DNA of 64,000 nt. It comes from Amphiscolops sp. MND2022. Taxonomy: Eukaryota. Position numbers and translations under genes: made by a program. The stretch covers positions 44,516,001 through 44,580,000 of the forward strand of contig OZ076420.1 of the NCBI GenBank assembly GCA_964187785.1. Reading direction: 5' to 3'. The notes under the pieces are model-generated. The model saw only the letters and a list, made by a program, of their open reading frames with translations. It had not been told where the DNA came from and did no database searches. Positions 1 through 11,692 of the stretch are shown here, one piece after another (positions within the stretch are counted from its first letter, which is position 1; every line of letters starts with the position of its first letter).

Positions 1-420
1 TACTTTTTCTTCAGCTTCGGATTCTTTTTCGTCAGCTTCGGGTTCTTTTTCGTTAGCTTCGGGTTCTTCTTCAAAAACTTCCGGTTCTTTTACTTTTTCT
101 TCAGCTTCGGCTTCTTTTCCGTCAGCTTCGGGTTCTTCTTCAAAAACTTCCGGTTCTTTTACTTGTTCTTCAGCTTCGGGTTCTTTTTCGTCAGCTTCGG
201 GTTCTTCTTCAAAAACTTCCGGTTCTTTTACTTTTTCTTCAGCTTCGGGTTCTTTTTCGTCAGCTTCGGGTTCTTCTTCAAAAACTTCCGGTTCTTTTAC
301 TTGTTCTTCAGCTTCGGGTTCTTTTTCGTCAGCTTCGGGTTCTTCTTCAAAAACTCCGGGTTCTTTTACTTTTTCGTCAGCTTCGGGTTCTTCTTTTTCA
401 TCAGCTTCGGGTTCTTCTTC
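1..420 (-). repeat. Coding tandem repeat, 69-bp unit (EPEADEKEPEAEE[K/Q]VKEPEVFEE), about 6 copies visible, truncated by the window edge
   Basis: 69-bp periodicity of cagcttcgggttctttttcgtcagcttcgggttcttcttcaaaaacttccggttcttttact; 23-aa period in the antisense shadow ORF 163-468. Confidence 0.9.
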
Positions 421-2085
421 TTCTTTTACGACAGTTTCGGGTTCTGTTTCGTTTTCGATAAATTCTGATTCTCTTTCTTTTTTGGCAGCTTCCGGTTCTT
501 CTTTTTCATCAGCTTCGGGTTGTTCTTCTTTTGCGTCAGCTTCTGGTTCTTTTTCGTTTTCGATAGCTTCGGGTTCTGCTTTTTCGTCAGCTTCGGGTTC
601 GCATTCTTCTTCTCCAGCTTCGGGTTCTTTTCCTTTCTCGTCAGCTTCGGCGACTTCTTCTTTTTCAGCTTCGACAGGGTCTTTGGCGTTTTCTACTTCA
701 TGTGTCGCTTGCTCTGATTCATTATTCTCAGGAGCACCAGAAGTCTCAATTTCGTCGTTATCAAGATCAGACATTTTTGGTTTCACATCTTCTGGCAATT
801 CGTTTTCATCAGAACTAGCATCTTTCACTCTCTCATTATTCTCGTCTGTGCAATCAGCTGGTTTGTCACTGATATCTGTTTCAGGGTTATCTGCTTCATG
901 AGTGAGCTCTTCTTTTTCTCCATCGTTTTCTGTGACTTCTGTTTCCTCTGGATTATCTAGTTCTTTTCCGTCAATGCCTGATTCATCCTCCTTTTCAGAC
1001 ACTTCGTAGACATCTTCGTCCGTTGAATCAGCTTCGGGCTGTGAATTGTTTTGTTCTTCTGCAGCTTCGCGGGTTTGGCTTGATTCTATTTGGCCTCCCC
1101 TGTCTTCTAGTTCTCTTGCCTCCTCCGATTCATCTTTTTCTACTGCAGGAGCTTCGTCTTGAATCGAGTCCTCTTGCTCAGCATGATAAGACTCATTTTC
1201 TGGAATTTGCGATTGTGTGCCTGCTTCCTCTGGTGTCACTAGCTGGCTATCACCTTCTTCGTTCTCTTTTTCTTCGTCTTTTTCTTTTTCGTCTTCTTCA
1301 ACATCGATGTTCTGTTTTTCATCACTGGTGTCAAAGTTATTAGTTTCTGTGTCATCAATGGGTTGACTATCGTCTGCGTTTTCAGCTTGACCTTCGATGT
1401 CTTTATTATCATCTGAATGATTATCTACGTCATCAACATCTTCATTTTGTTCTGACTCTGCTTCGGTAGTGGGATTTTCAACCAATTGTTGCGGAGTTTC
1501 ATGTTCATCATCTTCCTGGTTTTCCATTTTTGCATCATCATCTTGTTTAACTTCTCCTCCACTTTCATGGTCTTCGCTTTCCTTCGACTCCTGTGCCGGT
1601 TGCTCTGATTCATTATCCGCAGGAGTTTCAGAAGTTTCATTTTCATCGTTACCAGGATCCGATTTTTCTGGATTCAAATCTTCCGATGATTCATTTTTAT
1701 CGGGGTTGGCATCTTTCACACAGGGTTCATTCAACTTGGAACTTAGATCAGCATCTTCACTTTCTGGCTCTTTCTCATTATTCTCATCTGTGGGATCAGC
1801 TGGCTTGTCACTGAGATCTGCTTTTGGGTTCTCTTCGTCATAAGGATCTTCGTTGGATACTTCGTTGCTTTCTTCTTGAGCCGGATAATCTGCATCAGAT
1901 ACGTTGGGTTTTTCATGATCTGAGGGTAATGATTCATCAGCAGAATCGTCATTTTCTTTGAAAGCTACTTCCTGTTGAGTTTTCTCGGGGGTTTCCTCGT
2001 CATCTGATTTCGCATAGCCAGGTTCGTCGGTTTTGGCATCGACTTGATTTTGAAAATCATCGATTCTTTCAGCTTGCTCGTCCAT
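1..2085 (-). CDS. Acidic E/D/K-rich low-complexity repeat protein, at least 695 aa, 3' end beyond the left edge of the window
   Basis: Manual translation from ATG 2085 (context GAAATC-ATG-G): MDEQAERIDDFQNQVDAKTDEPGYAKSDDEETPEK...; no stop found down to position 1. It grades into EPEADEK motifs and then 23-aa repeats. Absent from the ORF track, presumably because there is no stop in the window. Confidence 0.85.
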   Translation of the reverse strand, partial: MDEQAERIDDFQNQVDAKTDEPGYAKSDDEETPEKTQQEVAFKENDDSADESLPSDHEKPNVSDADYPAQEESNEVSNEDPYDEENPKADLSDKPADPTDENNEKEPESEDADLSSKLNEPCVKDANPDKNESSEDLNPEKSDPGNDENETSETPADNESEQPAQESKESEDHESGGEVKQDDDAKMENQEDDEHETPQQLVENPTTEAESEQNEDVDDVDNHSDDNKDIEGQAENADDSQPIDDTETNNFDTSDEKQNIDVEEDEKEKDEEKENEEGDSQLVTPEEAGTQSQIPENESYHAEQEDSIQDEAPAVEKDESEEARELEDRGGQIESSQTREAAEEQNNSQPEADSTDEDVYEVSEKEDESGIDGKELDNPEETEVTENDGEKEELTHEADNPETDISDKPADCTDENNERVKDASSDENELPEDVKPKMSDLDNDEIETSGAPENNESEQATHEVENAKDPVEAEKEEVAEADEKGKEPEAGEEECEPEADEKAEPEAIENEKEPEADAKEEQPEADEKEEPEAAKKERESEFIENETEPETVVKEEEEPEADEKEEPEADEKVKEPGVFEEEPEADEKEPEAEEQVKEPEVFEEEPEADEKEPEAEEKVKEPEVFEEEPEADEKEPEAEEQVKEPEVFEEEPEADGKEAEAEEKVKEPEVFEEEPEANEKEPEADEKESEAEEKV

Positions 2086-2108
2086 GATTTCAGGGTTTTG
2101 GTACTAAT

Positions 2109-2122
2109 CTGTAACAAGTTTC
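2109..2122 (-). promoter_or_regulatory. Splice (or trans-splice) acceptor 23 nt upstream of the ATG at 2085
   Basis: Minus strand reads aaacttgttacag|ATTAGTACCAAAACCCTGAAATCATG, with an in-frame TAG between acceptor and ATG. Confidence 0.5.
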
Positions 2123-3234
2123 ATAAATATTTATCGCTGATATAATCTTGGTTGACACAGGTGAGAACAAAGCAACAAAATTTCAAAAATTCGCAGATTA
2201 TAAAAAGTGGCAATCCGTGCAGAAGTTAATATAATTTGGTAATAACTTGAAATTTGTCAGACGTTTATAAAGCAAGTCTATCTAACTTGTTCAGTTAGCC
2301 TAGCAATGACCAATGCAATGTCTAGGTTAATAATATTTCCTTGGTTATGAATTAGTCAGCGCTGAATACTTATTGGTAAGAACTAGCCATTAGTGATAGC
2401 AAAGACGCCGATTAAACATTGATGTATAGTTCCTAAAACAACGACCAATTTATGATATTTGCCCAACTTATCAAACCAATGAACTTTCTTTACCAACACG
2501 GAGGGAAAATCAATTTCGGTTCAACAGCTGAGGCAACTTAAGCTTGCTGTTTGTCTTTGATTCTCGCGCCCATATCAAATACAGATCATGATTCGAGTAA
2601 ACAGACCCATTTAGAAGCAGTTTTTGCCAGTTTGAAGAAATTCGAACCTGTATTGAGAACGGAATTCTGTGAACGAAGTGCTCAAAAGAAAAGAATGCTT
2701 GACATGCTTTGAAGGTCTATAAAGTTTCAGACACGTGGTCAATTCTTTCAAAGCAAGTTTGACAACTCGACTAGGAATTATCGAATGAGTAGAAGTTTTT
2801 AGACGTTAGTGACATGCGACTCGAAGCTTTTAGCTAGACACACTATTTACAAGCTCGGGTTGACCTTCATACGAGAACCTCCTAAATCATGCAATGTCAT
2901 ACAGGATAGGTAATAAATGATCTCCCATTAAATTAGACCATATAATGATATTAAAAATCATGCTTCCATACAAATCACACTTTGACCATCTTTTTTGAAA
3001 CTGCTCCAACTTTTTATATGTTCTTCAAAGTTGCCAGCGACTTTTATAATGGTTTTCTAATTTTCGTACGGGAACTTTCACATATTTAGTTGGTGAATTC
3101 GGCCATCAAGCTAAGCTGCTTGAAAGATTCATCAAAAATTTGGAGGCAACTTGAACCCGCGAAGTTTTAGAGGTTTCATTATGCATCAGTTTTAATTTTA
3201 AATGCAACTGGAACGTTGTCAACTTTTATACCAT

Positions 3235-4260
3235 CCCGGGTCGACCCTCCATTGATATCTTAGTAAGTTCTTGGCGAGATCTTGCCAAGATCTTGGAAAA
3301 ATCTTAGCTAAGATCTTGCAAAGATATTGGAAAGAATTGCAAGATGTCATGGTAAGATCTTATCGAGAGAGCCATGTTTCCAAGAAAACTTTTATTGTAA
3401 AATCCTATTTGGAAAGAAAAAAATCTGAAAGGAAGTCAACAAAAATGAACATTTCTGCAGATTTATTTTGTTAGACATTAAAACTTCTGTTAGCAATGTA
3501 TAAAATTTGGTTGAAGAGATACTTATTTAGGAAGACTCTGGTTAAATTGTTCTTTCAATTGCAAAACTGTCGCAAACAACGGCGTCAAAAAAGCCTTGAG
3601 CTGAATCATTACCCAAATTAGTGCAATGACCGCCGTTTCTAGCAGTAATAAGGCTGCTGAAACAGGCTCAAAGATAGCAGGAGATATGATTTTACAAGAA
3701 TTTCCGGGTTTTTAGGTGTTTCCTATGTAACTTTCCTATAGTGGCTCCCGACGTTTTAGAGCATTTTTCTCCGTTTCTGGAATAGACAGGAGTAATAACT
3801 TACAAGTTTTGGAAAGCCCTTGAAACGAGCTTCCATTTAGTACATTCGCATTTCTCAGTCTTAAACACTGTCAGGAAACACCTGGCAGGTGAGTAGTTAT
3901 CAGGATTCCCGTCAAAATTTCGGAAGCCAGACTACGTTATCGTAATTTTTCACGCATTTTTGCATGCAAAATTTTTTCGACAGGTTGAAGCATTTTGATT
4001 ATGAAAACGAGTAGAAATAGTCGTTGTTGGGTGAAATGAGCCCGTAGATTGAGTCTCGGCTGCTTGTACCGAAGGTATAGTGTTTTTTTGTAATCTTAAA
4101 ACTTTGTCCATCGTGATAAGAAACGATCTTGGAATAAGTATTATCTTAGTAAGATCTTAATAAGAATCTTGCGATGGGATCCATGGTTGCCAAGATGTAA
4201 TAAGAATTTGGCAAGATCTTGCCAAGACAGCCAAGATGCTAGTAAGAGGGTCAACCCGGG
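3235..4260 (+). mobile_element. About 1.03-kb non-autonomous TIR element (MITE-like), family A copy 1
   Basis: TIRs cccgggtcgaccctc / gagggtcaacccggg (14/15 match), flanked by AT on both sides. Subterminal arrays of CAAGATCTTG-type palindromes. Homologous along its length to 34559-35479 in opposite orientation. Confidence 0.85.
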
Positions 4261-5409
4261 ATTTGAAAGCAAATTAACTTTAGTCACCTTTAAAAACTGC
4301 CAACTAAATTCATCTTCAGCTTTCAATTTCGGGGATTGAATCAGATGAGTAGTTGACAAAGTGAAGTGTGAAAACGACCTGATCGTATCGGTAATGAAGC
4401 AGGAAATATTTTCGATTTCAATTGCAACATAGGAGACTGCAGTGTAATTTTACATTTATCACCAAAAGCTTGCTGAGTTTTCTAGGTTTTTTAAAAAAAT
4501 CACCCTGCACCAGGTCGGCAGTATGTCAAAAATTCTAGCTGTCTCAACTTGGGTAACGATTTATTGCAATGATGAACAAATGTGATGCCATTTAACTGAT
4601 TAACCAGTTGTTTTAAGCGGTTAATTGATTAAACGAAAATTTTAGCTGGTCCAAACTGCGTATATGTAAACGGAAGAAAACAATTACACTATTTTGCGAA
4701 AACAGACAACGTTTTGTGGACAAGCATTACTAATTCTTAAAATTGAACTTCTGATTTCTTTTGGTGGTTGACTAGCTAATGAAATAATTCACGAGAGGCA
4801 CAGTGGAAAAAGTCGCAAAGAACCGAAAAAGGCCTTTTTCAGAAATTACGAGAAAGCTCTCACCAGTGCCATGGCACTTCGGTATATTTCGTTGACTGTG
4901 ACAACAAAAAATTTCAAAGGGGAACTTTTGAGAAACCGAAAACCCAAAATTTCGATTTTTCCCAGAATTGTTGGTTTCAGAAAAATTCTAAAGTGCTAAA
5001 ATTTCTAAAAGGCGTGAAATTCTAGGTTCGAAAAATTTGTTTAAATTGAAAACAAATACAAAACAAAGCAGCAAAATTCTAGCGAAAAAAACCTTCGTTG
5101 AAAGTCGCAGAGAGCTGGAAACGGTCTTTTCACAGTTATTGAGTAAACTTTCACCAGTCCCACTGAGGTTACTTCAAACTAAAGAGGTCAACCTTGAGAC
5201 TTGGAATTTGGTTTTCGTTAACAGAAAACTTCAAATGGCCAAAAATTGTGTGAAAAATTTTGGTAAAATCTAGAAAATAAGCCACAAAAACACTAAGGGA
5301 CCTCTATGATAGCAAAACCCTGTTTCTGTTAAAAATGAAAAAGGCTTTGGCTTTTAAAAATTTGGGAAAAAATCGGAAAGTGCTGAAAAAGCCTCTAAGG
5401 TATAAAAAG

Positions 5410-5460
5410 ATTTGGTTTAGCGCGTGACTCGAACCCACGGACCTTCTATCTCAAAGTTTC
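5410..5460 (-). mobile_element. Degenerate tRNA-derived SINE head (B box only)
   Basis: Minus strand gaaggtccgtgggttcgagtcacgcgc contains a Pol III B box (GGTTCGAGTC); no complete cloverleaf. Confidence 0.35.
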
Positions 5461-7006
5461 AAGTTTTTGTCCGTATCTTCGTCAACCATTCAATTAGAAA
5501 GTTTGATGGGCTACCTGTTCGATGAACCCGTAAACATCCTCAACTAGCTAAATTGAATAGGCTTTTTAATAGGTTGTTTTTCGAACAAGTTTCAATTTTT
5601 GTAATGGTATTTTTACTTACCTAATTTTAGTTTCCATGCATCTGTGGAATAGTCTTGTTCTCGGGAATTTTTGATTAGAACAGTGTAGACCTCAATCACT
5701 ATGACATTTGGTATGATATGCAAATTGGTCTCAATTAGTCTCAACCTTTCGCCGCTCTTGAAATGTCTTTCGAGTTGACTGGCGGTCCATAGTTATTTAC
5801 CAAACAAAGGGCGTATACATCAGTAAACATCAGATCACTCTTTACTGTGTCTGACGTTGAAAACTTACAAACACAAATCCAAATTACACCAACGATTAGA
5901 TGAAATCATCAAAGTCACTTTTAGACGCTCGAGAGTAGACGAGTGTCCCTGAGACGAAAACGTTTGAAAACTTTTGGGGGTATGGAGACAGCAACATCAT
6001 TTTTCAAGTTTGATATTAAATTTTGGTATTCGTAAACGTATGTTTGATTATTCTAGCTATTGCATTTCCTGGATTTGGCATTAAAGTGCTGAAGCACGCT
6101 GAATTGGAAAAACAACTTGAATTTTTGATGTGCCAATCTTCAACGTCATTCAGTGTATTCGTAACTGTTTCTATTTTGAGCGATTATTAGTCAGCGCTTT
6201 CGTAAGAAAATGCCGACTATAGTACAATAGTGTAAAAGAACTGAACCCTTTTTTGTATGAAATGATTTGGACTGCATGTAAACAGGGCTAGCATTTTACA
6301 TGGGGATTTCGTTCATTCTCTATCCTACCCATGAATTTAAGGGACTGAAAGGACAAATTGAATATCTAAGATAATGGGTATAATCGCCTTCATTAGCAGA
6401 TTCTCGTGATATTAATTTTATCGGTTAAAAATCTAAAACAGAAAACATTATCCCCAATGTTTGCGAAAAAGAGCTGTGTCCCACGTATTAAGATAGTAAA
6501 TGAAATTAAATAATAGAAAACCCCTTTCAAAAACTATACAATATCAATTATCTTGATGTAAAATATTTGAATGTCTTCAGTAAATGAACAAATGCCTGCT
6601 AAATAAACAAAAATTTCAAATTAGGTGCCAAATGTTACAGAATTCTCCAAAATGATGTCCCATATGCCAATTCAGTAGAAAATACAATCAATGAAAAATT
6701 GAATTACGAAGTTTCTTCAATTTTTACAGACCTACATTTCATGTGCCCAACAAAACATTAGAATGTTTGTTTAATTCATATTCAAATAACCTGGATGATA
6801 TCAGAAATTAGTGCTAGTTTTGTTTTGGTTCAATTTTTTTTCTACAAATAAAAGTTCAGTTTATTTCTTACACTATTTTAGTTACTTTTCAAAGACCAGT
6901 GAACTGACAGATTTCTATAAGATTATATACCGCCTCCTACCAAAAGTTTACGCACAAAATGTCAATCGAGATTATTATTCAGTTGGGTTAGCGCAAAGTG
7001 TTGTTC

Positions 7007-7065
7007 GGCTGCTGCATAGTCGATGAGTGCGTGGCTGTAATGCAAGGATGCGTGTTTTCAAATCC
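7007..7065 (+). mobile_element. Degenerate tRNA-derived SINE head
   Basis: A-box-like gcatagtcgatg and B-box-like gttttcaaatcc at tRNA-like spacing; stems disrupted. Confidence 0.3.
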
Positions 7066-7554
7066 AAGGATGGGAATTTTTTTCTGATTTTCGCAACAGT
7101 AAACGAGACCAAAACGTTGCGACTTTTTTTAAAACCAAAAAGGTTTCAGCGAGCGTAAAAGGTTTCCTTTTGAGCTTTTTGGCACTACGTATTTTTTTGA
7201 AAATTTTAAAATTTCAAGTTTTCCTGATGTTTCCAGTTGTTATCGAGTCTCAAAGATACCGAGAAAGACTCTGTTCATTTTGAATCTTGAATGGGGCGCA
7301 GACTTGAACCGTTCCAGGCTTGTCTTCGAATACTGTTACAAAAAACCTTCAGAAAAATTTCGGACATATTAACCTAAGGCTCAATTTATAAGAATACCAA
7401 ACACAGTATATGAAATCAGAATCGTTTTTCAAAAGTTGACTTAACAATAAAAATGAAAGAATACTGACCTTTGCCAGAAATGAACCCATGACCTTCGTCC
7501 TATAGCCACTGAGAAAACTGGCCCTTGATTTACTCTTGTAAAACACTTTGTGAG

Positions 7555-7680
7555 TTTATTATTTTCCGCCCTCAGAAATTTATTTGTGCAGAGGGAGCAA
7601 AATCCCCAGCTGTGTTGCGTTTTTTCCAAATTCTGCCAAAAATCCACTGGGTGGTAAAATCCATTTAGTTAGTAAATTAT
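7555..7680 (+). repeat. Dispersed repeat fragment related to 41630-41740
   Basis: Shared tattttcc...ctgtgttgcgtttt...ccaaattctgccaaa blocks in the same order. The 41.6-kb copy contains a hairpin (ttttcctccca-caaataa-tgggagaggaaaa). Confidence 0.5.
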
Positions 7681-8888
7681 TTGGTAGGGTTGATAATTTA
7701 GTCACGGAGGCCCAGTTTGTAGGGCGTCCGGCTGCTAGTCAGTAAGAATTGTGTTGGAAACCGAGCTGAAGAATGAATTTTCATTTTGCTATCGGGGCTT
7801 TCGAGCCTCAATTTCGCCACACGAGTGTGGTGAAAAATATTCTGGTGCAAAGTGGGCTTTTTAAAGTGGGCTTTTCTTGTGTACTCAAAACTCTCACCGT
7901 GACTCTCACCGTGAATATTCAAAATAAATATTGAAAAGATCCAGCTGAAAACATCAAAGAAAAAATCAAACGAGAACACTATTTTTCATGAAAAAGTTCA
8001 AAACAAGAATGCCGAAAAAAACAATTCTCAACGAAATTTACATCTGAAGAAAAACTTAAGGAAAAACGGGTTTGTCGGAAAAAGTTTTTTGTTTTTCATT
8101 TGTTTTGTACATTCCCTAGTCGAGATTGCTTGAACTTTTTACATGCTGCATGGAAACATGCAGGCTAATTTTTTATAAAACATGGAAAATTCCGGGACCG
8201 TGCATGGAAACATTTTGTAGGACTACAATGCAGCCTTCACTATTTGAATTAAAACTGAAAACAATTCCACTTCTTCGCCGGATCACTTTGTTTTCACGCG
8301 TAAGTTTCTCATGTAAGTACCTTATGTAATCACCGTTAGCCAAATAGCACGCTGAATATGACGCTACTTTGAAACTACCCTAGGTTACAGGAATCACAAA
8401 TCTTGCAAAATTCTTCCGAAATTCTTGCCAACTTTGCATTTCTTACAAGAATCTTACAAGTTTGTACAAGAATCGCAAATTTTGCAAAGTTGTTACAATG
8501 TCGAACATTTCTTACAAGATTCTGATAATATTTTTGCAAAAATTGCATTTTTGCGTCAAAAATTCTTACAAAAGTTGCAATGTGTAATTTCGACTAAAAA
8601 TTCGTTCAAGACGGTAACATTCGTTCAATTCTGAGTCTTTTTTGAATAACCTGTTTTAAAGGTCTGGTTTTAAAAGTCATCTCAAACAGGGTTACCTTAA
8701 TGACCCGGGTAGCATTAAGGACGCTTTTCGGCACCGCGTTTCCTGAAGCCGCTTGTAGGTAGGATTTTGATTTACGGATTTTGGGTTAGATTAGAAGAAA
8801 TTTTAGATGAAAATGGTCCAGATTTGGAAGATTGTCAAAAGTTTTAAGATGGAAATGGTCCAGATTTGAATGTATTTTTGAGAGAACA

Positions 8889-9889
8889 CTGTATTTTACT
8901 GGAATAACGTCTAAAATAACCGTATTTTGGTGAAGTGACCTCTAAAATTACTGTTTTTGTTGGGTAATGTCTAAAATCACTTCGTTTTTGGAATAACGTC
9001 TAAAATCACTCTTTTTGCGGAATAACGTCAAAAATCACTGAATTTTGGTAGAATAAGACCTAAAAACGCTGTATTTTACTGGATTAACGTCTAAAATAAC
9101 CGTATTTTGGTGGAGTGACCTCTAAAATTACTGTTTTTGTTGGGTTTTGTCTAAAATCACTTCATTTTGGGAATAACGTCTAAAATCACTCTTTTTGCGG
9201 AATAACGTCTAAAATCACTGAATTTTGGTAGAATAAGACCTAAAAACGCTGTATTTTACTGGAATAACGTCTAAAATAACCGTATTTTGGTGGAGTGACC
9301 TCTAAAATTACTGTTTTTGTTGGGTAATGTCTAAAATCACTTCATTTTGGGAATAACGTCTAAAATCACTCTTTTTGCGGAATAACGTCTAAAATCACTG
9401 AATTTTGGTAGAATAAGACCTAAAAACGCTGTATTTTACTGGATTAACGTCTAAAATAACCGTATTTTGTTAGAATGGCCCCTAAAATTACTGTTTTTGT
9501 TGGGTAATGTCTAAAATCACTTCATTTTGGGAATAACGTCTAAAATCAATCTTTTTGCGGAATAACGTATAAAATCACTGTATTTTGGTAGAATAAGACC
9601 TAAAAACGCTGTATTTTACTGGAATAACGTCTAAAATAACCGTGTTTTGTTAGAATGGCCCCTAAAATTACTATTTTTGTTGGGTAACGTCTAAAATCAC
9701 TTCATTTTGGGAATAACGTCTAAAATCACTCTTTTTGCGGAATAACGTCTAAAATCACTGAATTGTGGTAGAATAAGAACTAAACACGCTGTATTATACT
9801 GGAATAACGTCTAAAATAACCGTGTTTTGTTAGAATGGCCCCTAAAATTACTATTTTTGTTGGGTAACGTCTAAAATCACTTCATTTTG
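8889..9889 (+). repeat. 180-bp higher-order tandem repeat (six 29-31-bp monomers), about 5.5 copies
   Basis: Lines 9061, 9241, 9421, 9601 and 9781 are near-identical (180-bp period). Monomers of 31+29+29+29+31+31 bp start with (t/c)ctaaaa. Confidence 0.95.
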
Positions 9890-9904
9890 TTTTGTTTTTT
9901 TTTG

Positions 9905-10330
9905 GTGGACCTGCTGGTTTCGACTGTTCCCCAGTTTGCCCCATAAATTTCAAAAAAAATTTTTGCCGAAAAAATGACATGCTTTACGATGGATCTCAAA
10001 ACTGATCAAACTCTCATTTTAGTGTTGTCTTTGAGTTCCAGCTTTTTTTATGGTGCTTTTCATTAAGTTTGGATTTTGCGCCTCTGCTGGTTCCCAGTGT
10101 TCCTCAATTTGCCCCAACTAGCCCAAAAAGAACTGTTTGCCAAAAAAATACGTGTTTTTTGATGGATCTCAAAACGGATCAAACATACTTTACAGTGTTT
10201 CCTTTGAATTCCCCTTAAGGTGCCGTTCCAAAGGGTTTGCTTCAAGGTAGATCTGCTTGTTTCGACTGCTCAGTTTGCCTCGTGGAACCCAAGAAAGAAT
10301 TGTTTTCCGAAGAAATGACGCGTTTTCTGG
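9905..10330 (+). repeat. Diverged tandem repeat, about 170-bp unit, about 2.5 copies
   Basis: ctgct(g/t)g...cagtttgcc recurs at 9911, 10084 and 10253; gatggatctcaaaac..gatcaaac is present in the first two copies. Confidence 0.65.
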
Positions 10331-11508
10331 AAACAATTTCGACATCGACGTTTTTCTGACTCAATTTTTTTATTCGGCTACTTGTTTCATATGAATTATA
10401 TTTAATTTTGATGTGGTTATGTAATTGAAGTTTTTCACAGCTGTTTTAGATCGTGATTTCAGAGCTTGAGACTAGGGAATTTGAAGTGAAAAGATCTAAA
10501 ATATCCTAAAATTCTTTCAAATTAAGGAATTCCTTCCTTTCTGAGAAGGGAGAGTTGTTCCTGTAGAATAGTTTAGCTTTATAATGGGCGTTTGTAACAT
10601 TTTTCGATCGTTTTTTTTTCTGCTGCCGTTCGAAGTTTTTTGACGCACGAAATGCAATTTTTGTAAGAAATTTGTCAGATTTATGCATTTTTTGTAACAT
10701 TCTGAGCAGAAAAATGCTATTCTTGCAAGATTTTTGCAAGAGTTAGATTCTAAAAATGCATTTTCTTACAAGATCTTACAAGAATTCTTGTAAGAATTTT
10801 GCAAGAGTTGTGATTTTTGTAACCTAGGGTTATAATGTGACTGAAATTTGTTTGCATTGAAAGCGCGGTAAAATTGATCGGTATTAATTGATCGTAAAAT
10901 TGGTCATAATTATGTCAAAAAAGTGAAATACTGGAAATATCACTCTATAAGGCACGGGAAATATCACTCAGACTACCTAGAAAAATAACGAAAGAAACCA
11001 GAAAAAAACCTGTAATAATCGCCTGAAAACATCCGTGTTCCCTGTCGTTTTCCTGATAGTAGTAGCTTGTGTAGTTTGGAAATAACGATTATACTTTGGA
11101 CCTAGAACTTTCTTCTACGATTACATACGTGGAATCAGAAAACGTTTTTAAAAGATTAACCTAGAAAAATTCCAAACTAGATAGATTTGGGATTTTATTT
11201 CGACAGACGTAGTTTCTCGACGCATCAAAGCAAGCAAAATAAAATTTGGATGCATCGAGATGTGGTTGAATTGATTTTGTTTAGCTTTGTATTGAAGTTT
11301 TTGACAAACCACTGTCCTCAACTTTCACCTTGAGGATTCTGTTTTGAGCTATGATCAGATAAGAAGGAATTTAAATCGGACAATCAGAAGCGAAAGGGAG
11401 CTATGATCTTGATTGTCGGGGATCAGGTTTGTTGGGTTGAAATTAGATTCATTGAAAGGTTCTTGCAAAGAATGAATTCCTTTGGAAGATTTTGTAAGGA
11501 ATAATGTT

Positions 11509-11692
11509 TCATTTAGGACTTTTGAATATCTTTTCAAGAAATGCATTTTTGTCAACTCGAGTTATTTGTCTTTCACAAAAACAAAAAACTAATTAAAGAA
11601 TAATAAAAATGTTGGACTTACTTGGGTTTTGAAACTTCAAACGGGTTCCGAAGATCCGTGCTGGTACCTCTTCCTTCACAAAAAATTATTGG
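11509..11692 (-). CDS. Candidate two terminal exons (11692-11622 and 11569-11509) of an unidentified gene
   Basis: tttttgcag|exon|gtaagt, a 52-nt intron ending tttttgtgaaag, and phase-compatible joining give PIIFCEGRGTSTDLRNPFEVSKPKQITRVDKNAFLEKIFKSPK*. Upstream exons are unresolved. Confidence 0.35.

Larger units (their letters stand above)
8378..10829. mobile_element. About 2.45-kb non-autonomous TIR element carrying internal satellite arrays
   Basis: Left terminus ccctaggttacaggaatcacaaatcttgcaaaattctt vs reverse complement of the right terminus ccctaggttacaaaaatcacaactcttgcaaaattctt (35/38). Weaker inverted similarity continues about 250 bp, with caaga(a)tcttac/ttgcaag arrays. No coding capacity. 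Confidence 0.8.

Noticed and set aside
163-1843. Plus-strand F-rich and S-rich ORFs
   Set aside because: Antisense shadows of the acidic minus-strand gene starting at 2085.
8889-9889. CRISPR-like appearance of ~30-bp palindromic repeats
   Set aside because: No unique spacers; the whole 180-bp unit repeats; eukaryotic context and no cas genes.
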